Source: Chlamydiota bacterium | GTDB lineage: Bacteria > Auribacterota > Tritonobacteria > UBA1439 | NCBI GenBank assembly: GCA_037133055.1 | Contig: JBAXOY010000006.1 | Coordinates: 1 to 47,258 of the forward strand | Reading direction: 5' to 3' | DNA: 47,258 nt | Shown: one piece after another, positions 45,577 through 47,258 of the stretch | How positions within the stretch are numbered: position 1 is the first letter of the stretch | Layout: each line of letters starts with the position of its first letter | Notes under the pieces: generated by a model | Database searches by the model: none | Told to the model about the DNA's origin: nothing | What the model saw: only the letters and a program-made list of their open reading frames with translations | Translations under genes and position numbers: made by a program

Positions 45577-45608
45577 TTGTTACGCATTATCATGGATATG
45601 GTTGACAA
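45577..45608. promoter_or_regulatory. Putative BirA operator
   Basis: TTGTTACGC-N14-GGTTGACAA: one near-ideal and one degenerate half of TGTCAACC-N14-GGTTGACA, immediately upstream of bioB. Confidence 0.65.
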
Positions 45609-45630
45609 TGGAAATAAAAAAATAGCAGGC

Positions 45631-46059
45631 TTATCTCTCCCTGAACCCGCGCTGCACCGGGTCCCACCGGAGCCCTTTCCAGAGCAGCGCGAAGACGACG
45701 GCGGCGCCCGCCACCGACGCCAGCATTTTCAGGCGGCGGAAGCGCCCGACATGTATCGCGCGCGCCTCGATATAGCCCTCCCTATGGAAGATCCCCCTGA
45801 CGCCCACGTAGGTCCCCGATTTGAGATACCGGGAGATCCCCCTGACGGGGATCTCCCTGCCGTCCCACTTCAGGGTGAACCCGCCCTCCATGACCCGGCC
45901 GATGACCGACTCGTGCGGCGAGTAGACCATCGCGCCATCGTGGGCCGCGGGGTCCGCGAGGCACCCGTCAAGCGTCTCCCCCGGCTCGCGGAGCCCGCCG
46001 TACGCGCAGAAGAAGGCGATGAGAGCGGCAAGGAGCACCATCGCGGAGAGACGGATCAT
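45631..46059 (-). CDS. Hypothetical membrane protein (two TM segments flanking a small beta domain)
   Basis: ATGA overlap with hemA; coding-like composition. Confidence 0.65.
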   Translation of the reverse strand: MIRLSAMVLLAALIAFFCAYGGLREPGETLDGCLADPAAHDGAMVYSPHESVIGRVMEGGFTLKWDGREIPVRGISRYLKSGTYVGVRGIFHREGYIEARAIHVGRFRRLKMLASVAGAAVVFALLWKGLRWDPVQRGFRER

Positions 46060-47087
46060 TCAGTCCCCCGACCGAGCCGCGCCAGGTGCCCCTCGATGAT
46101 CTCCTCGACTTTTCTCGCCTCTGCGACCCGCCGCGCCAGGCTTTCGTCCCGCACCCTCTCGAGGTCGTCGATATCGCGGCAGTGCACGTTTCGTATCCCG
46201 CGGACCGCCGGGTCGATGTCGCGCGGCACCGCGAGATCTATGAAGAAGAGCGGCGCCCCGCCGCGCGCCGCCATCACCGTCTTCACCCGCGCGGCGCGGA
46301 TGACCCGGTGGAGGGCGCCGGTAGAGCTGATGACGATGTCGGCGTCGCGCATCCGCTCGAAGACCCGGTCGAACCTCACCGCCTCCCCGCCGAGCCTCTC
46401 CGCGAGCTCCCGCGCGCGCGTGTACGTGCGGTTCGAGACCATGACCGTCTTCGCCCCGCGCCGCGCGAGATGCTTCACCGCGAGCTCCCCGATCTTTCCC
46501 GCGCCGATGATCATGACGGCCCGCCCATCGAGCGACCCGAGGATCTCCTCGGCAAGGGCGATCGCCGCGGAGCTGATCGAAACGGCCCCCGCCCCGATCC
46601 CGGTCTTCCGCCGCGCGGCCCTCGAAGCCCTGATCGCCCCCTCGAACACCGGGCCGAGGACCGGTCCCGCGCAGCGCGCGCGGAGCGCGGCGCGCCACGC
46701 CTCCCTGACCTGCCCCGCGATCTGGCTCTCGCCGAGCACCATCGACTCGAGGCCCGCCGCGACCCTGAAGAGGTGCCGCGCCGCGGCGGCGCCCGCGTGG
46801 TGAGAGAGCGACTTCTCGATCTTCGCGGAGATCCCCGGGCGGCCGCCGCAGAGGAACCGGGCGATCGCGCGGGGATCGGGGGGACGCGCGCAGGCGAGGT
46901 ACACCTCGACCCTGTTGCATGTGGAGAGGATCACGCACTCCGCGGCGGGGATCCGCCGCCGGAGCGAACGGAGCGCCGCCTGGAGCCCGGCGACGGGGAT
47001 GGAGAGCCTCTCTCTCAGCTCGACGGGGGCGGTCCTGTGGCTCACCCCGTACATGAAAATCGGTAAAACGCGCTTCCGCTGGCCCAT
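46056..47087 (-). CDS. hemA: Glutamyl-tRNA reductase (short form)
   Basis: SH.TAP...RE, STCNR, GESQI, GAGKIG, DLAVPRD. Confidence 0.93.
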   Translation of the reverse strand: MGQRKRVLPIFMYGVSHRTAPVELRERLSIPVAGLQAALRSLRRRIPAAECVILSTCNRVEVYLACARPPDPRAIARFLCGGRPGISAKIEKSLSHHAGAAAARHLFRVAAGLESMVLGESQIAGQVREAWRAALRARCAGPVLGPVFEGAIRASRAARRKTGIGAGAVSISSAAIALAEEILGSLDGRAVMIIGAGKIGELAVKHLARRGAKTVMVSNRTYTRARELAERLGGEAVRFDRVFERMRDADIVISSTGALHRVIRAARVKTVMAARGGAPLFFIDLAVPRDIDPAVRGIRNVHCRDIDDLERVRDESLARRVAEARKVEEIIEGHLARLGRGTE

Positions 47088-47179
47088 TGGGCGTCCTGTC
47101 CCGCGGCCGTGCCGCCTGACCGCAGTGACACTCTAACGGATTGGGCCCCGGGATGCAAGGGGTTCGGGACCGGGACTAT

Positions 47180-47258
47180 TGTAACTGCTCAGGATCCAGA
47201 ATCCAGGAGTCAGAAGTCAGGAGTTGGAATACGGACGCCCGCAGCGACATTTGAGGAC
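47180..47258. mobile_element. End of a second MITE-like 7-bp-period element, probably running off the window
   Basis: 47180-47230 matches the reverse complement of 28380-28430 with 5 mismatches in 51 bp. Confidence 0.75.

Overview
High-GC bacterial chromosomal window (anaerobe-like gene content; possibly a PVC-group or candidate-phylum organism, which is inference only) with about 37 credible CDSs and no rRNA, tRNA, CRISPR-cas or intact transposase. From left to right: a satellite microcompartment pair (PduS-like Fe-S oxidoreductase and PduT-like BMC-T shell protein) split by an 850-bp methyltransferase cassette flanked by a 63-bp duplication of the shell gene's 3' end; PMM/PGM and PAP2; a surface-glycan operon; a signal-peptide-bearing Hsp20; a degenerate nucleotidyltransferase-like protein; a gingipain-like C25 peptidase fused in frame to a PIN/VapC remnant; a NarX/NarL-type pair; a sigma54-promoter-driven ComEA-like gene divergent from a GAF-AAA+ enhancer-binding protein; nucleotide-scavenging enzymes; hemL, apbE, moeA, tatA/B and an O-antigen-ligase-TPR protein; then a translationally coupled biotin operon bioB-fabG'-fabF'-bioF-bioA-bioD with a BirA-like operator and no bioC/H/W/Z, followed by a short hemA. 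The best candidates for new biology are (1) dedicated FabG/FabF paralogs inside the biotin operon, suggesting an alternative pimelate route, and (2) several families of non-coding short-period inverted-repeat elements, including a 491-bp repeat-spacer array sharing both ends with a 161-bp minimal copy and a MITE-like element with terminal inverted repeats and a target duplication. All product calls come from motif recognition by eye, not database searches.
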